From NCBI GenBank assembly GCA_963834815.1, contig CAWIDA010000009.1, forward strand, positions 414,863 to 478,862: DNA of 64,000 bases, written 5' to 3'. This DNA is from an uncultured Acidobacteriaceae bacterium. Its GTDB lineage: Bacteria > Acidobacteriota > Terriglobia > Terriglobales > Acidobacteriaceae. Positions 8,830-18,826 of the stretch are shown in pieces. Both the position numbers and the translations under genes were made by a program. Each line of letters starts with the position of its first letter. Within the stretch, counting starts at the first letter, position 1. The notes under the pieces were generated by a model. That model saw only the letters and a list, made by a program, of their open reading frames with translations, did not search any database and had not been told where the DNA came from.

Positions 8830-10527
8830 CTAGCTATGAACAGGTACTTCCGTGAGCTGTTCCGCTTGACGTTTTTGAGCGCGGCCATACAAAACGTCGG
8901 CGACGTAATCGAGATCGGCAACCAGACCGGACTGAGCGCGGTGGATTGCCGGGAATCGCAGGGACTCCTCAAACTGCGGAACCTCTGCGTCGGTCACTCC
9001 GCCCGCGCCGACAACGCAGCGCAATCCGTCTTGCGCCACCTTCATCGCCGCCTCGCGCGCGAAGATACGGCTAATAGCTGCCAATGCGGCCGCGTCAAAG
9101 CGATCGTTGCCTTTCTCATTGAGCCGGCCTTCGGCGGAGAGTGCGGCGCGTCGAGCAAGCGTCGCAGCCGATTCGGCATAGGCGATCCACTCGCCGATGC
9201 GCAACAAAATGTGCTGGTAGCGGGTTAGCCGTCCCGCGCGGGCCTTTTCCATGATCTCTGCGAGAGCGTGCAGGGCCAGAGCCGCGACATCAGCTCCAAC
9301 GTTCGGATGGGCCGCGTGCAACAATTCCACCTGCTTCGCGCGCTCGTGATAGTGCTGTCCGCGCGTCTTCAGGTGGAGCTGCCAGCGGTCGCGGCTGATG
9401 GTCATCTCCATGATCTCGGAGGTGCCTTCGTAGATCGTGGTGATGCGCACGTCACGCTTGATCTTCTCCACCATGTACTCGTGCGTGTAGCCGTAACCGC
9501 CCAGCGCCTGGATGCTGGCTTCAGCGGCGGCATTTCCCGCCTCGGTAGACATGTACTTGGCAATCGCGCCTTCAGTGTTAAGACTTCCTTCGCCCGCATC
9601 GATGCGCTCGGCCGTTTCCTCGATAAAGGCGCGGCCCGCTTCCAGCCGGACGACGTTCGGCACGATCAGCTTGTGGGTGTAGCCTTGCTTCTCCGACAGT
9701 GGAGTTCCAGCCTGGATGCGCTTCGTGGAATACGGAATCGCACGGTCCAGCGCTGACCAGCCAGCGCCGAGCCCGAACGCGGCGACCATCAGTCGCGTGT
9801 ATCCGAACACGGCCTGGGCTTGCAGCAGCCCTTGTCCTTCCACGCCGCCTATCAGCCGGTCGGCATCGACATACGTGTCAACCAGCGACAGGGCGGCCGT
9901 ATTGCTCAGACGGATGCCGTGTTTGTTCTCCGGCTTATCGTGAGTGAAGCCTTTCGCGCCCCTCTCCACCACGAACCAACTCGGCCCGCTCGGCGTATTC
10001 GCCAGTACCGTATACAGGTCGGCAATGCCACCGTTGCTGATCCATTGCTTGCTGCCGTTGATCTTGTAGCCGACTACCTGGCCGTCCTGCAGGACGCGGT
10101 CCGCGGTGGTCTTGAGCGAGCCCAGGTCGCTGCCCGCTTCCGGCTCGGTAGCGCCGTAGGCAAACAGCACGCCTTCGTTTGCAATGCGGCTCAGCCACAA
10201 CTTCTTTTGCTCGGGGGTAGCGCCGACCGTGATCGGATCGCTGCCAAGAAAGGTGGCGAACAAAGACGTAGCGAGGCCGAGATCGATGCGGGCCATCTCT
10301 TCGCAGACGAGGTAGACGTCGAAGGTGCTTCCGCCCAGGCCGCCGTACTCCTCGGGAATGAACAGCAGTTGAATGCCGAGCTGGTCGGGGTTGCACATGT
10401 AGTGCACGATCTCCTCCGGACACTCGTCGCGCTCGTCGAGTTCGATCAGTACTTCGTCCGGCAGCCGTTTCTTGCCGAAGTCCCGCAGCGACTTCAAGCT
10501 AAGCTTTAAGGTTTTCTTGGTTATCAT
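8830..10527 (-). CDS. Acyl-CoA dehydrogenase family protein, long form with a C-terminal extension of about 170 aa
   Basis: ORF-track translation carries ACAD motifs ([27 protein letters not shown] with a catalytic Glu context). I prefer ATG 10527 (MITKKTL...) because GAGG lies about 8 nt upstream and this start does not overlap etfA. The track start at 10575 would overlap etfA by 32 nt. Confidence 0.9.
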   Translation of the reverse strand: MITKKTLKLSLKSLRDFGKKRLPDEVLIELDERDECPEEIVHYMCNPDQLGIQLLFIPEEYGGLGGSTFDVYLVCEEMARIDLGLATSLFATFLGSDPITVGATPEQKKLWLSRIANEGVLFAYGATEPEAGSDLGSLKTTADRVLQDGQVVGYKINGSKQWISNGGIADLYTVLANTPSGPSWFVVERGAKGFTHDKPENKHGIRLSNTAALSLVDTYVDADRLIGGVEGQGLLQAQAVFGYTRLMVAAFGLGAGWSALDRAIPYSTKRIQAGTPLSEKQGYTHKLIVPNVVRLEAGRAFIEETAERIDAGEGSLNTEGAIAKYMSTEAGNAAAEASIQALGGYGYTHEYMVEKIKRDVRITTIYEGTSEIMEMTISRDRWQLHLKTRGQHYHERAKQVELLHAAHPNVGADVAALALHALAEIMEKARAGRLTRYQHILLRIGEWIAYAESAATLARRAALSAEGRLNEKGNDRFDAAALAAISRIFAREAAMKVAQDGLRCVVGAGGVTDAEVPQFEESLRFPAIHRAQSGLVADLDYVADVLYGRAQKRQAEQLTEVPVHS

Positions 10528-10543
10528 TGCCAATGCCTCACTT

Positions 10544-11533
10544 TTATCGGGTCGCGTGCGCGCCCTTCGCTTCACGAACTTTGCTGGTCAATTCAGGGAT
10601 AAACTCCAGTATGTCGGCGACGATGCCCACATCCGCTACCTGAAAGATTGGCGCCTTGGGGTTCTTGTTGATGGCGACGATGAACGGACTGCCTTTGAGT
10701 CCAGCGAGATGCTGGAACGATCCGCTGATGCCGCACGCCAGGTAGATCTTCGGCTTCACCGTCTGGCCCGACGACCCAACCTGCCGCGACTTGGGCAGCC
10801 ACTTGGCATCGACCACCGGGCGCGAACAGCTCACGGCCGCGCCTAGGGCGTCAGCCAATTCCTGGGCAATCGAAACATTGTCTTGTTCCTGTATGCCGCG
10901 ACCGACGGAAACAAGGACCGGTTCCTTGGTGATGTCCACATCGCCGACTTCGGCCACGACCGTCTCCAGATAGCGTCGACCCGCTGTCAGCGCTCCGACG
11001 TCTGCCGACTTATCAACAACCACGCCATTCGCCGTCGCGGTCTCTATGGGCTTGAACGCTCCGGGACGCAGGTTGATCACCGCGCCAGCGGAAAGATCGC
11101 AGCGGACATGCGTACTCATCTGTCCGCCGAATTCCTGACGGACGACTTTGAGGAAATTTCCCTCGACCCCGTCGATGCCCATCACGTCCGAGACAAACGC
11201 AGCTCCAAGTTTCACCGACAGCCCAGGCCCCAGATCGATTCCAAAATGGTTGTGCACAACCAGTACGACGCTACCCGCTGGAACGATCTTCACCAGCGCT
11301 TTGCGAACCAGCTCGGCATTGGGATAGGCGAGACTGTCGCTCGCGATCTTCCACACCTCGGCGTAGGAGCCGCGCAGGCTGTCGCAGACCGCGTCGAGTT
11401 CGGCACCCGAGCCGGTGACAACCGCCGTCGGAGCCGCTGCGGGATCAATTTTTTTTGCCGCGGCCAACAGTTCGGCGGCGGAATCGTCAGCGACACCCTT
11501 GTGCGCGATGTAGGCAAAAATCCGGGCCGTCAT
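10544..11533 (-). CDS. etfA: Electron transfer flavoprotein subunit alpha
   Basis: The 329-aa product is typical EtfA (C-terminal FAD-binding region ...[37 protein letters not shown]). AAGGAGG lies 7 nt upstream. The ATG overlaps the etfB stop (ATGA, 11530-11533). Confidence 0.93.
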   Translation of the reverse strand: MTARIFAYIAHKGVADDSAAELLAAAKKIDPAAAPTAVVTGSGAELDAVCDSLRGSYAEVWKIASDSLAYPNAELVRKALVKIVPAGSVVLVVHNHFGIDLGPGLSVKLGAAFVSDVMGIDGVEGNFLKVVRQEFGGQMSTHVRCDLSAGAVINLRPGAFKPIETATANGVVVDKSADVGALTAGRRYLETVVAEVGDVDITKEPVLVSVGRGIQEQDNVSIAQELADALGAAVSCSRPVVDAKWLPKSRQVGSSGQTVKPKIYLACGISGSFQHLAGLKGSPFIVAINKNPKAPIFQVADVGIVADILEFIPELTSKVREAKGAHATR

Positions 11534-12321
11534 TGCATACCTCCTTTGGCTTTCATCAGCTCAATGAGCTTGTCGGCGATCTCTTCGTTGCTGCCCTGCA
11601 GAATCTCTGCGCCCTTGCCCAAGGCCGGCACAAAGTAGTCGTCGCGCTTCACCTTTGCGGCCGCTTCTCCGACGGAGCTTTTGTCGACGCCGAGATCGGC
11701 TGCTCCGTAGGTGGGAACTTCCAGTGACGCTGCCTGGCGGATGCCGCGCATCCCGACATAGCGCGGTTCGTTGATGCCGGTCTGGATTGAGAGCACGCAG
11801 GGGAGATCGATCTCGTTCATCTCCTTGTTGCCGCCTTCGATCTCGCGCCCGACCTTCAGCTTCTTGCCGTCGGCGACCTCGATGGAGTTCACCAGCGAGG
11901 CGAAGGGATAGTCGAGCATCGCAGCCAGCATCCCGCCTACCTGCGCGCCGCCATCTTCCGCCTGCACGCCGGTGAGGATCAGGTCGTAATTCCCTATCTG
12001 CACCAAGCCCTTCAGAATGGTTGCGATCCCTTTTCCGTCCGATCCGCTGAACACATCGTCAGAGAGCAGCACGCCATGATTCGCGCCCATGGCCAGTTCC
12101 CGCCGCAGGATTTCCTCGTCCTCTTCTGTGCCCACGGTGGCAACTGTGACGTTGCCGCCTGACTTGGCGACGATCTGCAGCGCTTCTTCGACCGCGTAGT
12201 TGTCCGGTTCATTGATCGAATACACGAGATCGTCGCGTTCAATATCGTTCCCCGCACCGTTGAGCTGAATCTCGTTCTCCGAGGTGTCGGGCACCCTTCT
12301 TGCGCAAACTAGAATCTCCAC
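11530..12321 (-). CDS. etfB: Electron transfer flavoprotein subunit beta
   Basis: The 263-aa product (MEILVCARRVPDTSENEIQL...) is typical EtfB. It has a GTG start with GGAG about 9 nt upstream. Confidence 0.92.
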   Translation of the reverse strand: MEILVCARRVPDTSENEIQLNGAGNDIERDDLVYSINEPDNYAVEEALQIVAKSGGNVTVATVGTEEDEEILRRELAMGANHGVLLSDDVFSGSDGKGIATILKGLVQIGNYDLILTGVQAEDGGAQVGGMLAAMLDYPFASLVNSIEVADGKKLKVGREIEGGNKEMNEIDLPCVLSIQTGINEPRYVGMRGIRQAASLEVPTYGAADLGVDKSSVGEAAAKVKRDDYFVPALGKGAEILQGSNEEIADKLIELMKAKGGMQ

Positions 12322-12396
12322 GTTTTCACTCCCCGAATCAGTTTTTGTGCCATCTCGAACTGCGGTACCTCACTCTGTCCATCCGCCGCCGCAGCA

Positions 12397-14517
12397 TCAC
12401 GCATGTGCTTCAGTCAATAACTCATCCTTACTGGGCATCTCCTGCGAAGTCTCACGCACCAGGTGCTGGTCCACTAGTTCCGTCAAGTCGATCGCAGTCA
12501 TCTTCCCTTCCATCCCCGAGACCTTGATCGCGTCTTCGATATTCACCATGCAGAATGGGCAGGCGGTCACGATCACATTGGCTCCGGCATCAGCGGCCAT
12601 CTGGACCCGCTTCACTCCCATCCTTTGTTCTTCTTTTGGCTCGTAGAACAGCATCAGCCCGCCACCACCGCAGCAGAACGATCGGTCGCGGCACTTGCTC
12701 ATCTCCACTCGCTGCAAGCCCGGAATGGCATCGAGCACATCACGCGGATCGTCATAAACCTGGTTGTGGCGTCCCAGATAGCAGGGGTCGTGATAGGCAT
12801 AAACGTTGTTGCTGTTCTCGACGTGATTGAGCTTGAGCTTCCCTGTCTTCACGTCGCGCGCGATCAACTGGCTGATGTGCTCCACCGGAGGCAGATCTTT
12901 GTAGTCGTGCTTCAGGGCGTTGAAGGCGTGGGGGTCGGAGGTTACGATGCGCTGTACCCCGGACGATTTGATGGCATCGATGTTGTGGTCGCGCAGCGCC
13001 ATGAAGAGCATCTCTTCGCCGAAGCGCCGGACTTCGTGGCCACTGTCTTTTTCCGCCGCGCCGAGGATTCCGTAGTTCTCGCCGGCATCGCTCAGGATTC
13101 GCGCCGTTGCCCGCCCAATCGCCTGAATACGGTCGTCATAGGAGGTGATGCTGTCGACGAAATACAAGGTCTCAGCTGCATCTTTTCCATCCAGAACTTT
13201 GACACTGCACGATTGCTGGAAGTCTTTTTCCTTGGCCCAGTCGGCTTTCTTCTTCTCCATCTTGCCGTAGGGATTGCCGCGGCTTTCGAGCGCCTTGAGC
13301 GCCTTCTGGATGGACTTCGGTACGTTTCCGTCGTCGACCATGCCACGCCGTAAATCGACGATCTTGTCGATGTACTCGATCAGCAGGGGGCACTCTTCCT
13401 CGCATGCGCCACAGGTGGTGCAGGACCAGATTTCATCCTCGTCGTAAATGCCGCCGATCAACGCATGGCTGTTGTTGGCGCCGCCAAACACGGGGAAGTG
13501 TTGGAAGCTGTAATCGCGCGCCTTGATCGTGATGAACCTGGGCGACAAAGGCCGCCCTACTGCGTTAGCCGGGCACTGATCGGAGCACCGTCCGCAGTCG
13601 GCGCAGGAATAGAAATCGAGCATGTGCTTCCAGGTAAAGTCCTCAAACTTTTTCACGCCGAACGATTTCACCTGGTCGAGACGATCGTCGCTGACGTCCC
13701 ACCGAACCGGTTTAACGGTGCCCTTGTCCAATTTCGCGAAGTACACACCGAAGAGCGAGGTCTCGACATGGAACTGGATTCCGAAGGGCCGATAGCACAG
13801 CAGGAAGTAAAAGGTCAGCGCCTGCGCAAGATAAGAGACGAGGTAGAGATTCCAAACGATCTGCGGGTTGGCAGAAATCAACGCCCGGTTCAACAACCAC
13901 GGCAGTGAGAACACGGCCAGGGACTCGACGGCATGGCCTTGCTGCGCCAGAAACGCAGTCTTGCTGGCTTCGAATACGCTCTCGGCAAACATCAGGACCG
14001 CGATGAGCGCCAACAGGAAGATGGCGTCGGCGGTATGGGCTTTGCCATAGCTGGACGGCACGGCATAGCGAGCTGGTTGGAAGATCAAACGGCGTGCAGC
14101 CGCGAAGATCATGCACAGGAAAACCACGGTGGCCGCGTAGTTCGTGATCAGGTCATACGCCCGCCTCACGCCCGAGGAGTTGACCACCATTGCGTTGGTT
14201 GAGGTGCCTAGACCGAGCAGGGCGAACGTGTGGATCGCCAGAATGATGAATCCGGTAAAAAACAGAATGTGCACGATGCCCGCCGTGCGATAGCGTGGAT
14301 GTTTCCACTGTCCAAACCAATATTGGAGGACGCGTTCCAGTCGGACCATCGGCCGATCAAAGCGAAAGTCGGGTGCGGCCTTAAGAAGCGGCATCAGCCG
14401 TCTTGCGACGATATAGGCAAAGCATGCCAGACCCAGAACATGTAGGAAAAGGAACAGAACTCGGCCTGAAACCAACCAGTAAGTCGCTTGCGACGGGGAC
14501 GGGATTGATTCCAACAT
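12397..14517 (-). CDS. Membrane-bound Fe-S oxidoreductase: an N-terminal polytopic (NarI/DsrM-like) domain fused to a 2x[4Fe-4S] plus 2x CCG (HdrD/GlpC/DsrK-like) domain. Candidate ETF:quinone oxidoreductase of the syntroph type.
   Basis: The first ~290 aa contain several hydrophobic helices. These are followed by CADCGRCSDQCP, CTTCGACEEECP, HDPCYLGRH, SFCCGGGG and TACPFCMVN. The start is ambiguous between ATG 14517 and TTG 14571. Confidence 0.85.
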   Translation of the reverse strand: MLESIPSPSQATYWLVSGRVLFLFLHVLGLACFAYIVARRLMPLLKAAPDFRFDRPMVRLERVLQYWFGQWKHPRYRTAGIVHILFFTGFIILAIHTFALLGLGTSTNAMVVNSSGVRRAYDLITNYAATVVFLCMIFAAARRLIFQPARYAVPSSYGKAHTADAIFLLALIAVLMFAESVFEASKTAFLAQQGHAVESLAVFSLPWLLNRALISANPQIVWNLYLVSYLAQALTFYFLLCYRPFGIQFHVETSLFGVYFAKLDKGTVKPVRWDVSDDRLDQVKSFGVKKFEDFTWKHMLDFYSCADCGRCSDQCPANAVGRPLSPRFITIKARDYSFQHFPVFGGANNSHALIGGIYDEDEIWSCTTCGACEEECPLLIEYIDKIVDLRRGMVDDGNVPKSIQKALKALESRGNPYGKMEKKKADWAKEKDFQQSCSVKVLDGKDAAETLYFVDSITSYDDRIQAIGRATARILSDAGENYGILGAAEKDSGHEVRRFGEEMLFMALRDHNIDAIKSSGVQRIVTSDPHAFNALKHDYKDLPPVEHISQLIARDVKTGKLKLNHVENSNNVYAYHDPCYLGRHNQVYDDPRDVLDAIPGLQRVEMSKCRDRSFCCGGGGLMLFYEPKEEQRMGVKRVQMAADAGANVIVTACPFCMVNIEDAIKVSGMEGKMTAIDLTELVDQHLVRETSQEMPSKDELLTEAHA

Positions 14518-15130
14518 GACTCTCGGAATCTCCAAGTTGTGCCTACGCAGATTGGGTGCGCAGGATTGCAAAGTTCAGGGCTGCTTGCTGTCGTGTTCGT
14601 CCCATCCACCGAAGCGAATGGTCTCGGCAAGAGCCCGCCTGGACGAGCGATACCTGGTGGCAATTACATGGAGATTCCACTCGCATCTCGCCGGTACAGG
14701 ACGAGGAACGTGAAGCTGAATGCCGGTTGCCTACCGGGGATATGCACTGCCTCTACACTCGGCAGCACCCAGTGGGTGCCGTCGCGATTCCTACTAGACG
14801 TGGCGCCTGGGAGGCCGGGTGGAATCGTGCCCGACTGACTGTTTCAGATTATGTTCTGCCGCGGGCGGGCGGTCTGTGAGACCCATCACACGTTAGTAGT
14901 ACGGGGCGCACTCCACGTTCGTAGCAGCATCACGTACCGGCTGGTAATGCCAGACAGTTGCAAGTAATGGAAACTGTCTAACCTATGCAGATGCTCTTGG
15001 CTCGCTACATTGGAGGGTTGCGGATGAGGTTGATAAAGCGGGTTCAAACCGAACCGAACATCACGCCAAACAGCGCCAGGAGAGCGTTCCGGGGAAACCG
15101 CGGTTAGTCTTGAGTAAACGTGGATGCGGT

Positions 15131-15517
15131 CTATGCGTAGTCGATTGGATGGCGCTCGAGCCAGTATTCGTCCCGCGCAACTCCCATCTTCTTTGCTGCG
15201 GCATGCGCCATGCTCGCAGTAAGCTCGCGCGTTTCCCAGGTAAATCCTGCCAGGAATCCAACCGCGCTGCCAACCACCCCCAGGGCGAGGCTCTCCGGTA
15301 CGCGACGACGGCGGTTGGACAAAAGAAGTTGCACCAGACCCGCACACGCTCCAATAGCCGCCAGCCCTATCGACGCACGCGCCTTCTGCGTCAGAACCGG
15401 ACCGAGAGACCTGCCGTCCAGGTAAGTGTCGCGACCGCTGCGCAATCCGGATGCGCCCGAATTGGCGAGTGACCGACCATAACGCAAGTAGCTCTCAAGC
15501 GCTCGATCCGTATGCAT
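15131..15517 (-). CDS. Small hypothetical membrane protein (128 aa, two predicted TM helices)
   Basis: AGGAG lies about 9 nt upstream of ATG 15517. Hydrophobic segments are SIGLAAIGACAGLVQLLL and LALGVVGSAVGFLAGFTW. I recognise no family. Confidence 0.5.
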   Translation of the reverse strand: MHTDRALESYLRYGRSLANSGASGLRSGRDTYLDGRSLGPVLTQKARASIGLAAIGACAGLVQLLLSNRRRRVPESLALGVVGSAVGFLAGFTWETRELTASMAHAAAKKMGVARDEYWLERHPIDYA

Positions 15518-15895
15518 GACTTCAACTCCTGCGAAGCTGCCTTTGCGACCCCCGCGGCAACTCTGTCTTTGATTATTACATCCGGCCTAATCATCCGAGG
15601 ATGTGACGAGCCGCACTGAGGTTGGTGATGGCTGCGACTAGGCCGCGAGCGTCTTGCCGTTCCCTTCTGCGTCGCCGATGAGTCTGCCGGCGGTAGCTCC
15701 CATTGTCACCACCACGACGGAAATAACATCGGGATTGTGACGCCTCTCACAGCACAGGTTGTCAAATCATGGGATTTTAGTATCGTCGGCCGGGCCGAGA
15801 TAGGCGTTGATCCGTTGCCCGCGGATTGGCTCTTTTCATGGATGCTCCATATCGAGCAGGCACAGCCGTCGGTCAGGCAAAGCAGGGGGAACGCC

Positions 15896-17557
15896 ATGTC
15901 GCAAGCTAGCCGGGTTGATTCACTTTCGTGGGGAGACACGTTCTTCCTGTTCATCGAGCGTGAGGGACAGCCACTGAACATCGCCTCCACTTGCGAGTTC
16001 GAGGGCGTAATTTCGCTGCAAGCGTTCAGAAAGTTTGTTGAGTCGAAGCTGGGCCTGATCCCGCGATACAAACAACGTGCGGTATTTCCGGCCTTCAACA
16101 TCAGTCTTCCAACCTGGGAGTTCGACCCGAACTTTGACATACGAAATCATGTTAATCAGGTCGTTCTCAAGGGTGGAACGGACAGCGATCTTAAAGAAAT
16201 CGCTGCCAGGATCATCAGCGAGCCACTGGACCGGCGTCGGCCGCTGTGGGACCTCACCCTGGTACGCGGTCTTAAGGGAAATCGAACAGGCTTGGTGTTC
16301 CGCATCCATCACTGCATGGCAGATGGGATATCCGGCGTCGGAATCATGAACGTCCTGTTGGACACGAGCCCGACTCCGCAAAAGCTGGCGGCGAAAAAGT
16401 CGGGCTCGGAAGAGCCGCGGCCGACCGACTCAGTTGCCTTGCTCCTCGATCAAGTGCTCCAGTCGTACCAGGCGTTCATGCAAGGGGCTGTAACGGCGCA
16501 AGCCGAAGTGGTGAATATCGTACGGGAGCTGCTCGCAGGCGCCACCAACGGCCACACGGACGACATTATTCATTTGGTGCCGGAACTTGGTACGCCCTCA
16601 CAGCGCCTGCCCTTCAACAAGGTATGCCGTGGTCCGCAAAGGATTGCGTGGGGCGAAATGCGAATGGCAGAAATTAAGGCCATTCGCGAGAGTTGCGGGG
16701 GCACGGTGAACGACGTGGTGCTCACCGTCATCACCTCGACGATTCGGCGCTACGCAGAATTGCACGGCGTGAAGGTCAGAGGACGGCATTTGAGGATTAT
16801 CGTTCCAGTAAACCTCCGCGGTAACGGCGACATCGGCGAATTGGGAAACCGCATTACGTTCTTGCCGATTAATGTGCCGCTCGACGTCCGCGACTCCCGT
16901 GCACTGCTAGCGCGAGTCAGTGAACGCATGGTCTTTCTCAGGAGCGTCGGAGTAGCGGACCTGGTCGGTCTGGTGGGTACACTGGTGTCGAAGATTCCGC
17001 TTCCCGCCCAAGCGGTCCTGGCACCATTGGCCACCCAGTTGCCGCTTAGCCTAAGCAACATGATCTGCACCAATGTTCCCGGCCCGCAGCTCCCGCTGTA
17101 CCTCCTCGGACATAAGATGTTGCGCTGCTACCCGTATGTCCCAATCGGCGGCGAGATGGGGGTGAATGTCGCGATTCTCAGTTATGACGGCGTCGCCTAC
17201 GTTGGGTTCGGGGGTGATATTCACGCCGTGCCCGATATCGATTGCCTTGAAGACCTCCTTCGCTCAAGCTTCACGGATTTACGGGAAGCCGCAACCGAAA
17301 AATCTGCCCCGACCAGCCGTGCTGCTGCCAGGTCAAAAGTCGAGGCTGCCACGCGGCGGGTGAAACTGCGGACGATCGCGATTTCGCCAGCAGCAAAGCC
17401 AGCGCGGAAGAAAGTACAGGCTGCCGAACCGGCGTCAAAGCAACCAACGCGTCAGACCTTGGCGACGAAACCGGCGGATCTCGTCCTACCAAAAATTAAG
17501 TCGGTTCCCGCAGCCGTGACCGTCCCGGAAACGGTGCTGTCGCAAGCGGGCGACTGA
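15896..17557 (+). CDS. Wax ester synthase / diacylglycerol acyltransferase (WS/DGAT) family protein with a basic Ala/Lys/Pro-rich C-terminal tail of about 95 aa
   Basis: Catalytic motif HHCMADGISG (HHxxxDG). I prefer ATG 15896 (AGGGGGA 5 nt upstream, MSQASRVDSLSWGDTFFL...) over the track GTG at 15737. The tail is ...SRAAARSKVEAATRRVKLRT..AAKPARKKVQAAEPASKQP... Confidence 0.88.
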   Translation: MSQASRVDSLSWGDTFFLFIEREGQPLNIASTCEFEGVISLQAFRKFVESKLGLIPRYKQRAVFPAFNISLPTWEFDPNFDIRNHVNQVVLKGGTDSDLKEIAARIISEPLDRRRPLWDLTLVRGLKGNRTGLVFRIHHCMADGISGVGIMNVLLDTSPTPQKLAAKKSGSEEPRPTDSVALLLDQVLQSYQAFMQGAVTAQAEVVNIVRELLAGATNGHTDDIIHLVPELGTPSQRLPFNKVCRGPQRIAWGEMRMAEIKAIRESCGGTVNDVVLTVITSTIRRYAELHGVKVRGRHLRIIVPVNLRGNGDIGELGNRITFLPINVPLDVRDSRALLARVSERMVFLRSVGVADLVGLVGTLVSKIPLPAQAVLAPLATQLPLSLSNMICTNVPGPQLPLYLLGHKMLRCYPYVPIGGEMGVNVAILSYDGVAYVGFGGDIHAVPDIDCLEDLLRSSFTDLREAATEKSAPTSRAAARSKVEAATRRVKLRTIAISPAAKPARKKVQAAEPASKQPTRQTLATKPADLVLPKIKSVPAAVTVPETVLSQAGD

Positions 17558-17627
17558 GTACTTTTGATTCGCCCACAGGGTCAAGGTGAGCGCGCAGCGA
17601 CAGCAAAGAACGGATGGTCGGCCGGAA

Positions 17628-18383
17628 TCAGGACGCGTTCGTTAGTGCCTGGCGGGTCGCTTTCAGCGTATTGACCAGCGACTCCCGCGGAAGGCTCTTG
17701 ATGACAGGCTCGATGATCCACCCCAGACCAAACGGCACATCGCGAGTCAACGAAATGGCTCGGCACTCGACGATGACGCCGCTTTCTTCCTCCATGAACC
17801 TCCAGTAGGAATACAGGCGCCACAGGAAGCCGTATCCGGTATCGGGCGGGTAGATCTTCTCTTTCGCAGTTCCGGCATCGTCCACCTCGGCAATGCTGGT
17901 GGTGTACGAGCGACAGAACCACTGATCGTCGCGCGCTTGCTGGTAGTGCACATCGTGATAGGTATCCAGCACGACGGTGATGATCTTTTTCTTCAATAGG
18001 CGTAAGAAGATTTTGTAATCATCGCCATGATGGCTGATGAGCCGGGAGTCCATCACATCGGGCTCGTAAATGTTCTTGTGGTTGTCGTAGTCCTGAACGA
18101 GCGTGAGCGTCCGTCTGACGGTCGCCCCTGGTACGAATGCCGCCCCAACCCAGTCGTGGATTAGTCCGTTAGGAACCCGCACCGCCAGATCGCCCGACCA
18201 AAGTTGCGCCAGAACACTTCCATTGCGGACGCGACGGGCCCGATCAGCGTTCGTATCAGTCCACAGGAACGGAGCGCTTCCATCCCAGGTCGGTGCCATG
18301 TCCGCTTCCGCCTGGTCGATAAAAGACACAAACGCCTCCAGAGTTTCCGGCTTCAACTGCACGACACTCACGGTTTGCGTCAT
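17628..18383 (-). CDS. Hypothetical protein (251 aa), possibly an SRPBCC/START-like lipid-binding fold
   Basis: Clean ORF with GAGG about 11 nt upstream of the ATG and no signal peptide. The fold suggestion is only an impression from alternating beta-like segments and a C-terminal helix. No motif is recognised with certainty. Confidence 0.55.
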   Translation of the reverse strand: MTQTVSVVQLKPETLEAFVSFIDQAEADMAPTWDGSAPFLWTDTNADRARRVRNGSVLAQLWSGDLAVRVPNGLIHDWVGAAFVPGATVRRTLTLVQDYDNHKNIYEPDVMDSRLISHHGDDYKIFLRLLKKKIITVVLDTYHDVHYQQARDDQWFCRSYTTSIAEVDDAGTAKEKIYPPDTGYGFLWRLYSYWRFMEEESGVIVECRAISLTRDVPFGLGWIIEPVIKSLPRESLVNTLKATRQALTNAS

Positions 18384-18758
18384 TGGCGCTGGCCTCGTCG
18401 CATTCTCCTGAGGACCGGGGAAGTGGATCTCACGCGCTCGACGTGGTCGTCGATGAACTCCTTAAATCGGCGTCTCGCACAGTGTTGACTGAGAGGGACT
18501 TCTTGACACTGCCACCAACGGAGTTTGCCGGCGACGGCATCGAGAGCATTCTATCCTGCAAGTACTGAACCGGACTCTGCCTCCGCCGCGGTGCGCAAGC
18601 GTTTTCCCAAATTGGGCCGTATGCAAATCGGCCGAACTGAAACATCGGGTTGCGCGCAAGTGCCGTAGTGTCTGCGGGTTGCATTGTTCGGCGCCAGGGA
18701 TGCGCGCTAAGGAGTCTCCTCTCCGCTCCTGCTGCGCCGCAATATTTTTTCTTCCATC

Positions 18759-18787
18759 TTGACATGCAGACGGCGGAATACTACAGT
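18759..18787 (+). promoter_or_regulatory. Candidate sigma-70-type promoter for the repeat-protein gene
   Basis: TTGACA (18759-18764), a 17-nt spacer, then TACAGT (18782-18787). It is preceded by the A/T run AATATTTTTT, and the ATG is 40 nt downstream. Confidence 0.4.
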
Positions 18788-18826
18788 TCAGTTGGATGCT
18801 GCAGTGCAGCAAACGAGGAGGCAATT

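Noticed and set aside
268-8855. About 45 short plus-strand and off-frame minus-strand ORFs listed by the ORF track across the first 8.8 kb (for example 3099-3728, 5118-5747, 5817-6452, 7707-8270).
   Set aside because: All of them lie inside the single open minus-strand megasynthase frame. Their translations are Arg/Gly/Pro-rich shadow sequences with no recognisable motifs, whereas the megasynthase frame carries a full set of catalytic motifs.
10528-10575. N-terminal extensions implied by the track's longest-ORF starts. Cases are ACAD 10575, WS/DGAT 15737, repeat protein 18650, patatin 19809, GT39 25894, sqdB 27856, katG 32995, isomerase 40239, histidine kinase 43611, Gfo/Idh/MocA 44642, LacI 52213 and CRTAC1 62151.
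   Set aside because: In each case a downstream start has a better Shine-Dalgarno and/or gives the family-typical N-terminus or signal peptide. Alternatively the extension overlaps the neighbouring gene. The extensions themselves look non-protein-like.
14941-14953. CTGGTAATGCCAG, which resembles the pyrimidine-sensor helix of TPP riboswitches (CUGGAUAAUGCCAG).
   Set aside because: The obligatory CUGAGA element and the second conserved helix are absent nearby. No thiamine-related gene lies downstream in either orientation.
14572-15130. I checked the long spacer for RNase P RNA, tmRNA, SRP RNA and cobalamin-riboswitch signatures.
   Set aside because: I found none of the following on either strand: GAGGAAAGUCCGG or ACAGAAACCCGGCUUA boxes, a tag-peptide reading frame ending in ..LAA-stop, an SRP domain IV motif, or a B12 box. 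The region is reported only as an unexplained spacer.
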